From Escherichia coli (GTDB lineage Bacteria; Pseudomonadota; Gammaproteobacteria; Enterobacterales; Enterobacteriaceae), in the NCBI RefSeq assembly GCF_003019035.1, contig NZ_CP027447.1: a stretch of 64,000 bases of DNA. The stretch is one strand, 5' to 3'. The notes under the pieces were generated by a model. It had not been told where the DNA came from. It saw nothing but the letters and a program-made list of their open reading frames with translations, and did not search any database. A program made the position numbers and the translations under genes. Positions 1 through 15,107 of this stretch are shown here, in pieces (within the stretch, counting starts at the first letter, position 1; the number at the start of each line of letters is the position of its first letter).

Positions 1-7
1 GAAAAAA

Positions 8-427
8 ATGAAAAAAGGCACCGTTCTTAATTCTGATATTTCATCGGTGATCTCCCGTCTGGGACATACCGATACGCTGGTGGTGTGTGATGCTGGTTTA
101 CCCATCCCCAAAAGTACAACGCGTATCGATATGGCATTAACCCAGGGGGTACCTTCTTTTATGCAGGTGCTGGGCGTCGTCACAAATGAAATGCAGGTCG
201 AAGCTGCCATTATCGCGGAAGAGATCAAACAACATAATCCGCAACTCCACGAAACGTTGCTCACTCACCTTGAGCAGCTGCAAAAACACCAGGGAAATAC
301 CATTGAAATTCGTTACACCACGCATGAACAATTCAAACAACAAACCGCAGAAAGTCAGGCGGTAATTCGCAGCGGAGAATGTTCTCCGTATGCGAATATC
401 ATTCTCTGTGCTGGCGTGACGTTCTGA
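8..427 (+). CDS. rbsD: D-ribose pyranase
   Basis: 139 aa ORF whose translation matches RbsD as I recall it; first gene of the conserved rbsDACBK order. Confidence 0.93.
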
Positions 428-434
428 GGCCGTC

Positions 435-1940
435 ATGGAAGCATTACTTCAGCTTAAAGGCATCGATAAAGCCTTCCCGGGCGTAAAAGCCCTCTCGGGC
501 GCAGCGTTAAATGTCTATCCGGGCCGCGTGATGGCGCTGGTGGGCGAAAACGGCGCGGGTAAATCTACCATGATGAAAGTGCTTACTGGTATCTATACTC
601 GCGATGCCGGCACGCTTTTATGGCTGGGGAAAGAAACGACATTTACCGGGCCGAAATCTTCCCAGGAAGCCGGGATTGGGATTATCCACCAGGAACTGAA
701 CCTGATCCCGCAGTTAACCATTGCCGAAAACATTTTCCTCGGTCGTGAGTTTGTTAATCGCTTTGGCAAAATTGACTGGAAAACCATGTATGCCGAAGCG
801 GATAAATTGCTGGCTAAACTTAACCTGCGCTTTAAAAGCGACAAGCTGGTGGGCGATCTTTCCATCGGTGACCAGCAAATGGTTGAAATCGCCAAAGTGC
901 TGAGCTTTGAGTCGAAAGTCATCATTATGGATGAACCGACCGATGCGCTGACCGATACCGAAACCGAATCCTTGTTCCGCGTCATCCGCGAGCTGAAATC
1001 GCAAGGCCGCGGTATTGTCTATATCTCCCACCGCATGAAAGAAATCTTCGAGATTTGCGATGACGTTACCGTTTTTCGTGACGGGCAATTTATTGCTGAG
1101 CGTGAAGTAGCATCACTGACCGAAGATTCGCTGATTGAGATGATGGTGGGTCGCAAGCTGGAAGATCAATATCCGCACCTGGACAAAGCGCCGGGAGATA
1201 TCCGCCTGAAAGTCGATAATCTCTGCGGACCTGGCGTTAACGATGTCTCTTTTACTTTACGCAAAGGCGAAATTCTTGGCGTCTCTGGTTTGATGGGCGC
1301 AGGTCGTACCGAACTGATGAAAGTGCTCTACGGCGCACTGCCGCGCACCAGCGGTTACGTCACCCTGGATGGGCATGAAGTCGTTACCCGTTCACCGCAG
1401 GATGGCCTGGCAAACGGCATTGTGTATATCTCCGAAGACCGTAAACGTGACGGTTTAGTGCTGGGCATGTCAGTAAAAGAGAACATGTCGCTGACAGCGC
1501 TGCGCTACTTCAGCCGCGCTGGCGGCAGTTTGAAGCATGCCGATGAACAGCAGGCAGTAAGTGATTTCATTCGTCTGTTTAATGTGAAAACGCCGTCGAT
1601 GGAACAGGCAATTGGTCTGCTTTCCGGTGGCAATCAGCAAAAAGTGGCGATTGCCCGTGGTCTGATGACACGCCCCAAAGTGTTGATCCTCGATGAGCCT
1701 ACCCGTGGCGTAGATGTCGGCGCGAAAAAAGAGATCTATCAACTGATTAACCAGTTCAAAGCCGATGGCTTGAGCATCATTCTGGTGTCATCGGAGATGC
1801 CAGAAGTATTAGGCATGAGCGATCGCATCATCGTCATGCATGAAGGGCATCTCAGCGGGGAATTTACTCGTGAGCAGGCCACCCAGGAAGTGTTAATGGC
1901 TGCCGCTGTGGGCAAGCTTAATCGCGTGAATCAGGAGTAA
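435..1940 (+). CDS. rbsA: ribose ABC transporter ATP-binding protein
   Basis: 501 aa ORF with two Walker A motifs ([17 protein letters not shown]), i.e. duplicated ABC ATPase domains; position after rbsD. Confidence 0.95.
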
Positions 1941-1944
1941 AAAA

Positions 1945-2910
1945 ATGACAACCCAGACTGTCTCTGGTCGCCGTTATTTCACGAAAGCGTGGCTGATGGA
2001 GCAGAAATCGCTTATCGCTCTGCTGGTGCTGATCGCGATTGTCTCGACGTTAAGCCCGAACTTTTTCACCATCAATAACTTATTCAATATTCTCCAGCAA
2101 ACCTCGGTGAACGCCATTATGGCGGTCGGGATGACGCTGGTGATCCTGACGTCGGGCATCGACTTGTCGGTAGGTTCTCTATTGGCGCTGACCGGCGCAG
2201 TTGCTGCATCTATCGTTGGCATTGAAGTCAATGCGCTGGTGGCTGTCGCTGCCGCTCTCGCGTTAGGTGCCGCAATTGGTGCGGTAACCGGGGTGATTGT
2301 AGCGAAAGGTCGCGTCCAGGCCTTTATCGCTACGCTGGTTATGATGCTTTTACTGCGCGGCGTGACCATGGTTTATACCAACGGTAGCCCAGTGAATACT
2401 GGCTTTACTGAGAACGCCGATCTGTTTGGCTGGTTTGGTATTGGTCGTCCGCTGGGCGTACCGACGCCAGTCTGGATCATGGGAATTGTCTTCCTCGCGG
2501 CCTGGTACATGCTGCATCACACGCGTCTGGGGCGTTACATCTACGCGCTGGGCGGCAACGAAGCGGCAACGCGTCTTTCTGGTATCAACGTCAATAAAAT
2601 CAAAATCATCGTCTATTCTCTTTGTGGTCTGCTGGCATCGCTGGCCGGGATCATTGAAGTGGCGCGTCTCTCCTCCGCACAACCCACGGCGGGGACTGGC
2701 TATGAGCTGGATGCTATTGCTGCGGTGGTTCTGGGCGGTACGAGTCTGGCGGGCGGAAAAGGTCGCATTGTTGGGACGTTGATCGGCGCATTAATTCTTG
2801 GCTTCCTTAATAATGGATTGAATTTGTTAGGTGTTTCCTCCTATTACCAGATGATCGTCAAAGCGGTGGTGATTTTGCTGGCGGTGCTGGTAGACAACAA
2901 AAAGCAGTAA
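1945..2910 (+). CDS. rbsC: ribose ABC transporter permease
   Basis: 321 aa hydrophobic multi-helix protein between rbsA and rbsB. Confidence 0.94.
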   Translation: MTTQTVSGRRYFTKAWLMEQKSLIALLVLIAIVSTLSPNFFTINNLFNILQQTSVNAIMAVGMTLVILTSGIDLSVGSLLALTGAVAASIVGIEVNALVAVAAALALGAAIGAVTGVIVAKGRVQAFIATLVMMLLLRGVTMVYTNGSPVNTGFTENADLFGWFGIGRPLGVPTPVWIMGIVFLAAWYMLHHTRLGRYIYALGGNEAATRLSGINVNKIKIIVYSLCGLLASLAGIIEVARLSSAQPTAGTGYELDAIAAVVLGGTSLAGGKGRIVGTLIGALILGFLNNGLNLLGVSSYYQMIVKAVVILLAVLVDNKKQ

Positions 2911-2934
2911 TAACGACTACAGGACATCTTGAAT

Positions 2935-3825
2935 ATGAACATGAAAAAACTGGCTACCCTGGTTTCCGCTGTTGCGCTAAGCGCCACCGTCAGTGCGAAT
3001 GCGATGGCAAAAGATACCATCGCGCTGGTGGTCTCCACGCTTAACAACCCGTTCTTTGTATCGCTGAAAGATGGCGCGCAGAAAGAGGCGGATAAACTTG
3101 GCTATAACCTGGTGGTGCTGGACTCCCAGAACAACCCGGCGAAAGAGCTGGCGAACGTGCAGGACTTAACCGTTCGCGGCACCAAAATTCTGCTGATTAA
3201 CCCGACCGACTCCGACGCAGTGGGTAATGCTGTGAAGATGGCTAACCAGGCGAACATCCCGGTTATCACTCTTGACCGCCAGGCAACGAAAGGTGAAGTG
3301 GTGAGCCACATTGCTTCTGATAACGTACTGGGCGGCAAAATCGCCGGTGATTACATCGCGAAGAAAGCGGGTGAAGGTGCCAAAGTTATCGAGCTGCAAG
3401 GCATTGCCGGTACATCTGCAGCCCGTGAACGTGGCGAAGGCTTCCAGCAGGCTGTTGCTGCTCACAAGTTTAATGTTCTTGCCAGCCAGCCAGCAGATTT
3501 TGATCGCACTAAAGGTTTGAACGTAATGCAGAACCTGTTGACCGCACATCCGGATGTTCAGGCTGTATTCGCGCAGAATGATGAAATGGCGCTGGGCGCG
3601 CTGCGCGCACTGCAAACTGCCGGTAAATCGGATGTGATGGTCGTCGGATTTGACGGTACACCGGATGGCGAAAAAGCGGTGAATGATGGCAAACTAGCAG
3701 CGACTATCGCTCAGCTACCCGATCAGATTGGCGCGAAAGGCGTCGAAACCGCAGATAAAGTGCTGAAAGGCGAGAAAGTTCAGGCTAAGTATCCGGTTGA
3801 TCTGAAACTGGTTGTTAAGCAGTAG
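2935..3825 (+). CDS. rbsB: ribose-binding periplasmic protein
   Basis: ORF track starts at 2929 (MNMNMKK); the recalled protein starts MNMKKLATL with a signal peptide, so start placed at 2935. Confidence 0.92.
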   Translation: MNMKKLATLVSAVALSATVSANAMAKDTIALVVSTLNNPFFVSLKDGAQKEADKLGYNLVVLDSQNNPAKELANVQDLTVRGTKILLINPTDSDAVGNAVKMANQANIPVITLDRQATKGEVVSHIASDNVLGGKIAGDYIAKKAGEGAKVIELQGIAGTSAARERGEGFQQAVAAHKFNVLASQPADFDRTKGLNVMQNLLTAHPDVQAVFAQNDEMALGALRALQTAGKSDVMVVGFDGTPDGEKAVNDGKLAATIAQLPDQIGAKGVETADKVLKGEKVQAKYPVDLKLVVKQ

Positions 3826-3950
3826 TTTTAATCAGGTTGTATGACCTGATGGTGACATAAATACGTCATCGACAGATGAACGTGTAATATAAAGAAAAGC
3901 AGGGCACGCGCCACCCTAACACGGTGGCGCATTTTATGGACATCCCGAAT

Positions 3951-4880
3951 ATGCAAAACGCAGGCAGCCTCGTTGTTCTTGGCAGCATTAATGCTGACCA
4001 CATTCTTAATCTTCAATCTTTTCCTACCCCAGGCGAAACCGTAACCGGTAACCACTATCAGGTTGCATTTGGCGGCAAAGGCGCGAATCAGGCTGTGGCT
4101 GCTGGGCGTAGCGGTGCGAATATCGCGTTTATTGCCTGTACGGGTGATGACAGTATTGGTGAGAGCGTTCGCCAGCAGCTCGCCACTGATAACATCGATA
4201 TTTCTCCGGTCAGCGTGATCAAAGGCGAATCAACAGGTGTGGCGCTGATTTTTGTTAATGGCGAAGGTGAGAATGTCATTGGTATTCATGCCGGCGCTAA
4301 TGCTGCCCTTTCCCCTGCGCTGGTGGAAGCGCAACGTGAGCGTATTGCCAACGCGTCAGCATTATTAATGCAGCTGGAATCACCACTCAAAAGTGTGATG
4401 GCAGCGGCGAAAATCGCCCATCAAAATAAGACTATCGTTGCGCTTAACCCGGCTCCGGCTCGCGAACTTCCTGACGAACTGCTGGCGCTGGTGGACATTA
4501 TTACGCCAAACGAAACGGAAGCAGAAAAGCTCACCGGTATTCGTGTTGAAAATGATGAAGATGCAGCGAAGGCGGCGCAGGTACTGCATGAAAAAGGTAT
4601 CCGTACTGTACTGATTACTTTAGGAAGTCGTGGTGTATGGGCTAGCGTGAATGGTGAAGGTCAGCGCGTTCCTGGATTCCGGGTGCAGGCTGTCGATACC
4701 ATTGCTGCCGGAGATACTTTTAACGGCGCGTTAATCACGGCGTTGCTGGAAGAAAAAACATTGCCAGAGGCGATTCGTTTTGCCCATGCCGCCGCTGCGA
4801 TTGCCGTAACACGTAAAGGCGCACAACCTTCCGTACCGTGGCGTGAAGAGATCGACGCATTTTTAGACAGGCAGAGGTGA
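3951..4880 (+). CDS. rbsK: ribokinase (PfkB family)
   Basis: ORF track begins at 3924; recalled RbsK begins MQNAGSLVVLGS, which is the internal ATG at 3951; GG and AAGD kinase motifs present. Confidence 0.92.
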   Translation: MQNAGSLVVLGSINADHILNLQSFPTPGETVTGNHYQVAFGGKGANQAVAAGRSGANIAFIACTGDDSIGESVRQQLATDNIDISPVSVIKGESTGVALIFVNGEGENVIGIHAGANAALSPALVEAQRERIANASALLMQLESPLKSVMAAAKIAHQNKTIVALNPAPARELPDELLALVDIITPNETEAEKLTGIRVENDEDAAKAAQVLHEKGIRTVLITLGSRGVWASVNGEGQRVPGFRVQAVDTIAAGDTFNGALITALLEEKTLPEAIRFAHAAAAIAVTRKGAQPSVPWREEIDAFLDRQR

Positions 4881-4883
4881 CGC

Positions 4884-5876
4884 TTGGCTACAATGAAAGA
4901 TGTTGCCCGCCTGGCGGGCGTTTCTACCTCAACAGTTTCTCACGTTATCAATAAAGATCGCTTCGTCAGTGAAGCGATTACTGCCAAAGTTGAAGCGGCG
5001 ATTAAAGAACTCAATTACGCGCCATCAGCTCTGGCGCGTAGCCTCAAACTCAATCAAACACATACCATTGGCATGTTGATCACTGCCAGTACCAATCCTT
5101 TCTATTCAGAACTGGTGCGTGGCGTTGAACGCAGCTGCTTCGAACGCGGTTATAGTCTCGTCCTTTGCAATACCGAAGGCGATGAACAGCGGATGAATCG
5201 CAATCTGGAAACGCTGATGCAAAAACGCGTTGATGGCTTGCTGTTACTGTGCACCGAAACGCATCAGCCTTCGCGTGAAATCATGCAACGTTATCCGACA
5301 GTGCCTACTGTGATGATGGACTGGGCTCCGTTCGATGGCGACAGCGATCTTATTCAGGATAACTCGTTGCTGGGCGGAGACTTAGCAACGCAATATCTGA
5401 TCGATAAAGGTCATACCCGTATCGCCTGTATTACCGGTCCGCTGGATAAAACTCCGGCGCGCCTGCGGTTGGAAGGTTATCGGGCGGCGATGAAACGTGC
5501 GGGTCTCAACATTCCTGATGGCTATGAAGTCACTGGTGATTTTGAATTTAACGGCGGGTTTGACGCCATGCGCCAACTGTTATCACATCCGCTGCGTCCT
5601 CAGGCCGTCTTTACCGGAAATGACGCTATGGCTGTTGGCGTTTACCAGGCGCTGTATCAGGCAGAGTTACAGGTTCCGCAGGATATCGCGGTGATTGGCT
5701 ATGACGATATCGAACTGGCAAGCTTTATGACGCCACCATTAACCACTATCCATCAACCGAAAGATGAACTGGGGGAGCTGGCGATTGATGTACTCATCCA
5801 TCGGATAACCCAACCGACCCTTCAGCAACAACGATTACAACTTACTCCGATTCTGATGGAACGCGGTTCGGCTTAG
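4884..5876 (+). CDS. rbsR: ribose operon repressor (LacI family)
   Basis: 330 aa with N-terminal helix-turn-helix ([17 protein letters not shown]); TTG start codon at 4884. Confidence 0.9.
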
Positions 5877-7269
5877 ATTTACGCTGTCTTTTGATCAAAT
5901 TATTACCATCGGTTGTTTTCAGAAGCATGAACATTGCTGCTGAAGCAACAGTAATAATGCCCATCGTGATAAACGTATAGTGGAATTGTTCGACAGTCGT
6001 TGTGCCTTCCATCCCTTCATAAACGCGAAGGACGGCCGCACTTACAGCAACGCCTAAACTGATAGACAGTTGCTGCGTGACCGCCAGAACACTGTTACCG
6101 CTGCTGGCGTTGTCATCGGTCAGATCGGCAAGTGTGATGGTATTCATCGCGGTAAATTGCGTCGACATAGCCATCCCTAATATAAACAACGGCAAGATCA
6201 GCATCCATATCGCCATTGCCGGTGATTGCAAAGAGAACTGAGCGATCATTAGCCCAATAATCACCGTGATCCCAACTAACGTATGGCGATAGCCCAGACG
6301 ACGTAAGACTTGGGTAACCATCGATTTTGCAATAATGGAACCTAACGCTGTCGGTGCCATCATACAGCCGGCAATAAACGCCTGATAACCAAATCCTACC
6401 TGTAACATCAATGGCATAAGGAACGGTACACAACCGGTCCCCAGACGGGTTGCAATATTGCCTACGATACCGATCGAGAAAGTGCGGGTTTTAAATAAAT
6501 CTAATGAAATTAATGGGTTTGGCGTGCGTCGTGCATGGAGAATATAGAGAAGCAGTAACCCGATGCTGGTGACAATTACCGTCAAGGCAATCCAACTGGC
6601 GACAATCTTTTCCCCAAATAGCTCTATTCCGCTTGAGAAGAGAACAAGGCTAAGGCCAAACAGCAAAAAGCCAGTGATATCGAATCTGCGTCGTGCGGTG
6701 GTGAAATTGGGCATATGTTTGCGCGCGTAAAGAAGGCCCGCAATACCTATGGGGATATTGATTAAAAATATCCAGTGCCAGGTTGCCCAGGTGACCAGCA
6801 CGCCGCCAAGAACGGGGCCTAAAATTGGCCCCACCAGACCCGGCATGGCGACAAAATTCAATACAGGAAGAAGCTCATTACGAGGATAAGCGCGCAGTAA
6901 GGCCAGCCGAGCAACAGGCATCATCATTGCGCCGCCTATCCCCTGAATAACCCGGAAGACAACCAGCTGTGGTAGCGAGTTAGAAAGTGCGCAGGCCAGA
7001 GAACCCAACGTGAACAGACTCACGGCAAGGGTAAATATGCGACGCGTACCGAAGCGATCGGCTAGCCATCCGCTTACCGGAATAAGCATCGCCACCGTCA
7101 GCGTATAACTGATGATGGCTGATTGCATCGCGAGAGGAGAACGATTAAGGCTATGAGCGATTGCGGGTAAGGCGGTATTCAGAATAGTGGCATCAAGTGC
7201 CTGCATGAAGAAGGCCATCGCCGCGATCCACGGCAAACCCGCCATACTGCGCTTCTTTTTATCGCTCAT
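5842..7269 (-). CDS. hsrA: MFS family efflux transporter
   Basis: 475 aa multi-helix membrane protein; position between rbsR and yieP matches hsrA (yieO); 3' end overlaps rbsR convergently. Confidence 0.85.
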
Positions 7270-7291
7270 TCAATGTCCTGTTATCGGGGTG

Positions 7292-7984
7292 TCACTTATC
7301 AGGTGAGCGTAGCAGCGCCTGACAAGCTTTAAATGCCGCGTCGCCATCGCTTTGGATAATCGCGTCAACAATCGCCTGGTGCAGATCCAGCTTTATCACT
7401 GTGTCGCTGGTAATTGACGTGAAGTAAGTGTGATAAACCGAATGGAATAGCGAGGCGAATGAGGTCAAAAACGGATTGGCGCTCATTTCATAGATATGCT
7501 CATGCCAGGCCATATCGACTTCGATCCAGCGTTCACGGCGAAAGTTCTCTTTTAATGCCGCCATTTCGGCCATTAACGTATTGAGATGCGCCTTCTGTTC
7601 CGCGGTGCCAACCGTTGCTGCCAGTAGGCAAGCTTGCGGCTCCAGACAGATACGCATAACCAGAAAGTGATCGATGACCTGATGAAAGTTCTCTTCTGTC
7701 ATCCACCAGGTAAGCAATTCCTGATCAAGAAAATTCCAGTTTGATTGTGGCATGACCCGGGTACCAATTCGCGGTCGCGGTAAAACCATCCCTTTTGCCG
7801 TTAACGTTTTGACCGCTTCGCGTACCGCTGTACGACTCACTCCAAATTGCTCGCCCAGCTCAATCTCACCAGGCAAAATGGTGCCGGGTTCATATTCACC
7901 TTTTAAGATGCGTTGCGCCAGCTTCTCAGCCAGAACATACGAAAGGTTTTTCTGTGCAGCTAACTGTTGTGCGCTTAAAGGCAT
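7292..7984 (-). CDS. yieP: GntR/FadR family transcriptional regulator
   Basis: 230 aa; N-terminal winged helix motif (GEQFGVSRTAVREAVKTL); position immediately upstream of the rRNA operon. Confidence 0.85.
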   Translation of the reverse strand: MPLSAQQLAAQKNLSYVLAEKLAQRILKGEYEPGTILPGEIELGEQFGVSRTAVREAVKTLTAKGMVLPRPRIGTRVMPQSNWNFLDQELLTWWMTEENFHQVIDHFLVMRICLEPQACLLAATVGTAEQKAHLNTLMAEMAALKENFRRERWIEVDMAWHEHIYEMSANPFLTSFASLFHSVYHTYFTSITSDTVIKLDLHQAIVDAIIQSDGDAAFKACQALLRSPDK

Positions 7985-8136
7985 TACTAATCTTCCTTTT
8001 TCTTTTTATTCCTCCTTAGTATGCCACCAGGAAGTGTGATTACGGTTGCAAAAAAGGCAAATTGCTTGTTTTATGGCACATTAACGGGGCTTTTGCTGAA
8101 AAAATGCGCGGTCAGAAAATTATTTTAAATTTCCTC

Positions 8137-8164
8137 TTGTCAGGCCGGAATAACTCCCTATAAT
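8137..8164 (+). promoter_or_regulatory. rRNA operon promoter P1 (TTGTCA, 16 bp spacer, TATAAT) preceded by an AT-rich UP/FIS region
   Basis: hexamers read directly upstream of the 16S gene; AT-rich tract 8040-8135. Confidence 0.75.
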
Positions 8165-8254
8165 GCGCCACCACTGACACGGAACAACGGCAAACACGCC
8201 GCCGGGTCAGCGGGGTTCTCCTGAGAATCTCAACAGAGAAAAGCAAAAAAATGC

Positions 8255-8282
8255 TTGACTCTGTAGCGGGAAAGCGTATTAT
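8255..8282 (+). promoter_or_regulatory. rRNA operon promoter P2 (TTGACT, 16 bp spacer, TATTAT)
   Basis: hexamers read directly; about 120 bp downstream of P1 as in rrn operons. Confidence 0.7.
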
Positions 8283-8321
8283 GCACACCCCGCGCCGCTG
8301 AGAAAAAGCGAAGCGGCACTG

Positions 8322-8333
8322 CTCTTTAACAAT
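8322..8333 (+). promoter_or_regulatory. boxA antitermination element (GCTCTTTAACAA)
   Basis: exact boxA consensus in the rRNA leader. Confidence 0.8.
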
Positions 8334-8463
8334 TTATCAGACAATCTGTGTGGGCACTCGAAGATACGGATTCTTAACGTCGCAAGACGAAAAATGAATA
8401 CCAAGTCTCAAGAGTGAACACGTAATTCATTACGAAGTTTAATTCTTTGAGCATCAAACTTTT

Positions 8464-10005
<1,542 letters not shown>

Positions 10006-10090
10006 CCTTAAAGAACTGTGCTTTGCAGTGCTCACACAGATTGTCTGATAGAAAGTGAAAAGCAAGGCGTCTTGCGAAGCAGACTGATAC

Positions 10091-10166
10091 GTCCCCTTCG
10101 TCTAGAGGCCCAGGACACCGCCCTTTCACGGCGGTAACAGGGGTTCGAATCCCCTAGGGGACGCCA
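10091..10166 (+). tRNA. gltU: tRNA-Glu (anticodon UUC), 16S-23S spacer
   Basis: 76 nt cloverleaf sequence GTCCCCTTCGTCTAGAGG...GGGACGCCA. Confidence 0.95.
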
Positions 10167-10359
10167 CTTGCTGGTTTGTGAGTGAAAGTCACCTGCCTTA
10201 ATATCTCAAAACTCATCTTCGGGTGATGTTTGAGATATTTGCTCTTTAAAAATCTGGATCAAGCTGAAAATTGAAACACTGAACAACGAGAGTTGTTCGT
10301 GAGTCTCTCAAATTTTCGCAACACGATGATGAATCGAAAGAAACATCTTCGGGTTGTGA

Positions 10360-13264
<2,905 letters not shown>

Positions 13265-13357
13265 ACAACGCCGAAGATGTTTTGGCGGAAGAGAGAAGAT
13301 TTTCAGCCTGATACAGATTAAATTAACCGGCGACAAGCGGGTTAATAAAACAGAATT

Positions 13358-13477
13358 TGCCTGGCGGCCGTAGCGCGGTGGTCCCACCTGACCCCATGCC
13401 GAACTCAGAAGTGAAACGCCGTAGCGCCGATGGTAGTGTGGGGTCTCCCCATGCGAGAGTAGGGAACTGCCAGGCAT
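13358..13477 (+). rRNA. rrfC: 5S ribosomal RNA
   Basis: TGCCTGGCGGCCGTAGCGCGGTGG...GGGAACTGCCAGGCAT, 120 nt. Confidence 0.96.
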
Positions 13478-13529
13478 CAAATTAAGCAGTAAGCCGGTCA
13501 TAAAACCGGTGGTTGTAAAAGAATTCGGT

Positions 13530-13606
13530 GGAGCGGTAGTTCAGTCGGTTAGAATACCTGCCTGTCACGCAGGGGGTCGCGGGTTCGAGTCCCGTCCGTT
13601 CCGCCA
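13530..13606 (+). tRNA. aspT: tRNA-Asp (anticodon GUC)
   Basis: GGAGCGGTAGTTCAGTCGG...CCGTTCCGCCA, distal to 5S. Confidence 0.95.
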
Positions 13607-13614
13607 CCCTAATT

Positions 13615-13690
13615 AGGGGCGTAGTTCAATTGGTAGAGCACCGGTCTCCAAAACCGGGTGTTGGGAGTTCGAGTCTCTCCGCCCCTGCCA
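13615..13690 (+). tRNA. trpT: tRNA-Trp (anticodon CCA)
   Basis: AGGGGCGTAGTTCAATTGGTAGAGC...CTCCGCCCCTGCCA. Confidence 0.95.
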
Positions 13691-13696
13691 GAAATC

Positions 13697-13726
13697 ATCC
13701 TTAGCGAAAGCTAAGGATTTTTTTTA
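13697..13726 (+). terminator. rho-independent terminator of the rRNA operon
   Basis: perfect 9 bp stem ATCCTTAGC/GCTAAGGAT with GAAA loop followed by a T8 run. Confidence 0.85.
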
Positions 13727-13784
13727 TCTGAAATAACCTCTCCGAAGTAAATCCTTCTACCAGCATCCTTGCCAGCCATTCAGA

Positions 13785-14624
13785 TTAATACACTTCATCC
13801 AGCACGTTAATTTTCAATAGATCGCGAATCAACGCATTTTTATCGCTATTTTGCAGCCATATGGCATAAAGCGGCCGTGAAAGTGTTGTGCTATCGACAA
13901 CGGTATGCAGGCCGCCCTTTTTACGCGCCCAACTGACGGGTAGCCAGGTGCAACCATTAAGCATCGCAATCTGTTGCTGTGCCAGTTCAGCAGAACTGGT
14001 TGTCAGAATGGGAACTTCGTCAGCACCGATCAAACCTGCCTCATGCTGTTGAAAATCTGGCCCCCACTCCAGTCGCAGATAGTTAAGATCTCCCTTTAGT
14101 TTAGAAGGGGCACTGGTATAAAGCGCTAAAGTGAAATACCCCAGCAACTGACTACTAAATTCGTCCATTTTGGGCGCTTCAGTGGTAATAAGAAGATCAA
14201 GCTGGCGTTCATGCAGCTGTTTTACCAGAGACTGTCGTTGGGCAATTCGCGCTTCGAACTGTAAGCCTGTATGGGCATCTTGATTTTGATACAAGCGTCC
14301 CAGCCACTGATTAAGCATACATTCCCACAATGAGGCGCTGGCACCGATAGAAAACTCGTTATGTCGTGAGGTATGCGCCACCTCCTTACGGGCGGCCTGC
14401 CAGGTGCTCATGAGCGTTTCTGCATAAGGCAGTAGTTTTTCACCGGCAGCGGTTAAACGGATATTGTTTCTGTGGCGGGTGAAAAGGTTCACACCCAGTT
14501 GATTTTCCAGTTGTCTGATTCGAAAGCTCACTGCTGACTGGGTCAGATAGAGCGATTCAGCCGCTCGACCAAAGTGACGCGTTCGGCTAACTTCCAGGAA
14601 AGTTTTTAACAATTCCGTATCCAC
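13785..14624 (-). CDS. hdfR: LysR family transcriptional regulator
   Basis: 279 aa; N-terminal LysR HTH; position between trpT and yifE. Confidence 0.9.
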
Positions 14625-14742
14625 AGTGCTCTCCGCAAAATTATTTGTCGTTATGATTTAAATGTTTTGTTTTACACTCTGTCAAGCGTAACTAATACTC
14701 CGCGCCATAACTAGCTCGGTCAAAGAATTAGGAGCGTGCAGG

Positions 14743-15081
14743 ATGGCGGAAAGCTTTACGACGACTAATCGATATTTCGACAATAAACATTATCCACGTG
14801 GATTCTCTCGTCATGGTGACTTCACCATCAAAGAGGCACAACTGCTTGAGCGTCATGGTTATGCCTTCAATGAGTTGGATCTTGGCAAACGCGAGCCGGT
14901 TACCGAGGAAGAGAAACTCTTCGTAGCAGTATGCCGTGGCGAACGTGAGCCAGTGACAGAAGCAGAACGCGTGTGGTCCAAGTATATGACGCGTATCAAG
15001 CGTCCAAAACGTTTTCACACCCTTTCCGGCGGTAAACCGCAGGTTGAAGGTGCTGAAGACTACACCGATTCTGACGATTAA
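14743..15081 (+). CDS. yifE: conserved protein of unknown function (UPF0438)
   Basis: 112 aa ORF divergent from hdfR; recognised by position and sequence. Confidence 0.88.
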   Translation: MAESFTTTNRYFDNKHYPRGFSRHGDFTIKEAQLLERHGYAFNELDLGKREPVTEEEKLFVAVCRGEREPVTEAERVWSKYMTRIKRPKRFHTLSGGKPQVEGAEDYTDSDD

Positions 15082-15082
15082 T

Positions 15083-15107
15083 AAAAAGGGCGAAATGCCC
15101 TTTTTTT
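15083..15107. terminator. bidirectional hairpin terminator between yifE and comM
   Basis: AAAAAGGGCGAAATGCCCTTTTTTT: GC stem flanked by A run and T run. Confidence 0.75.
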
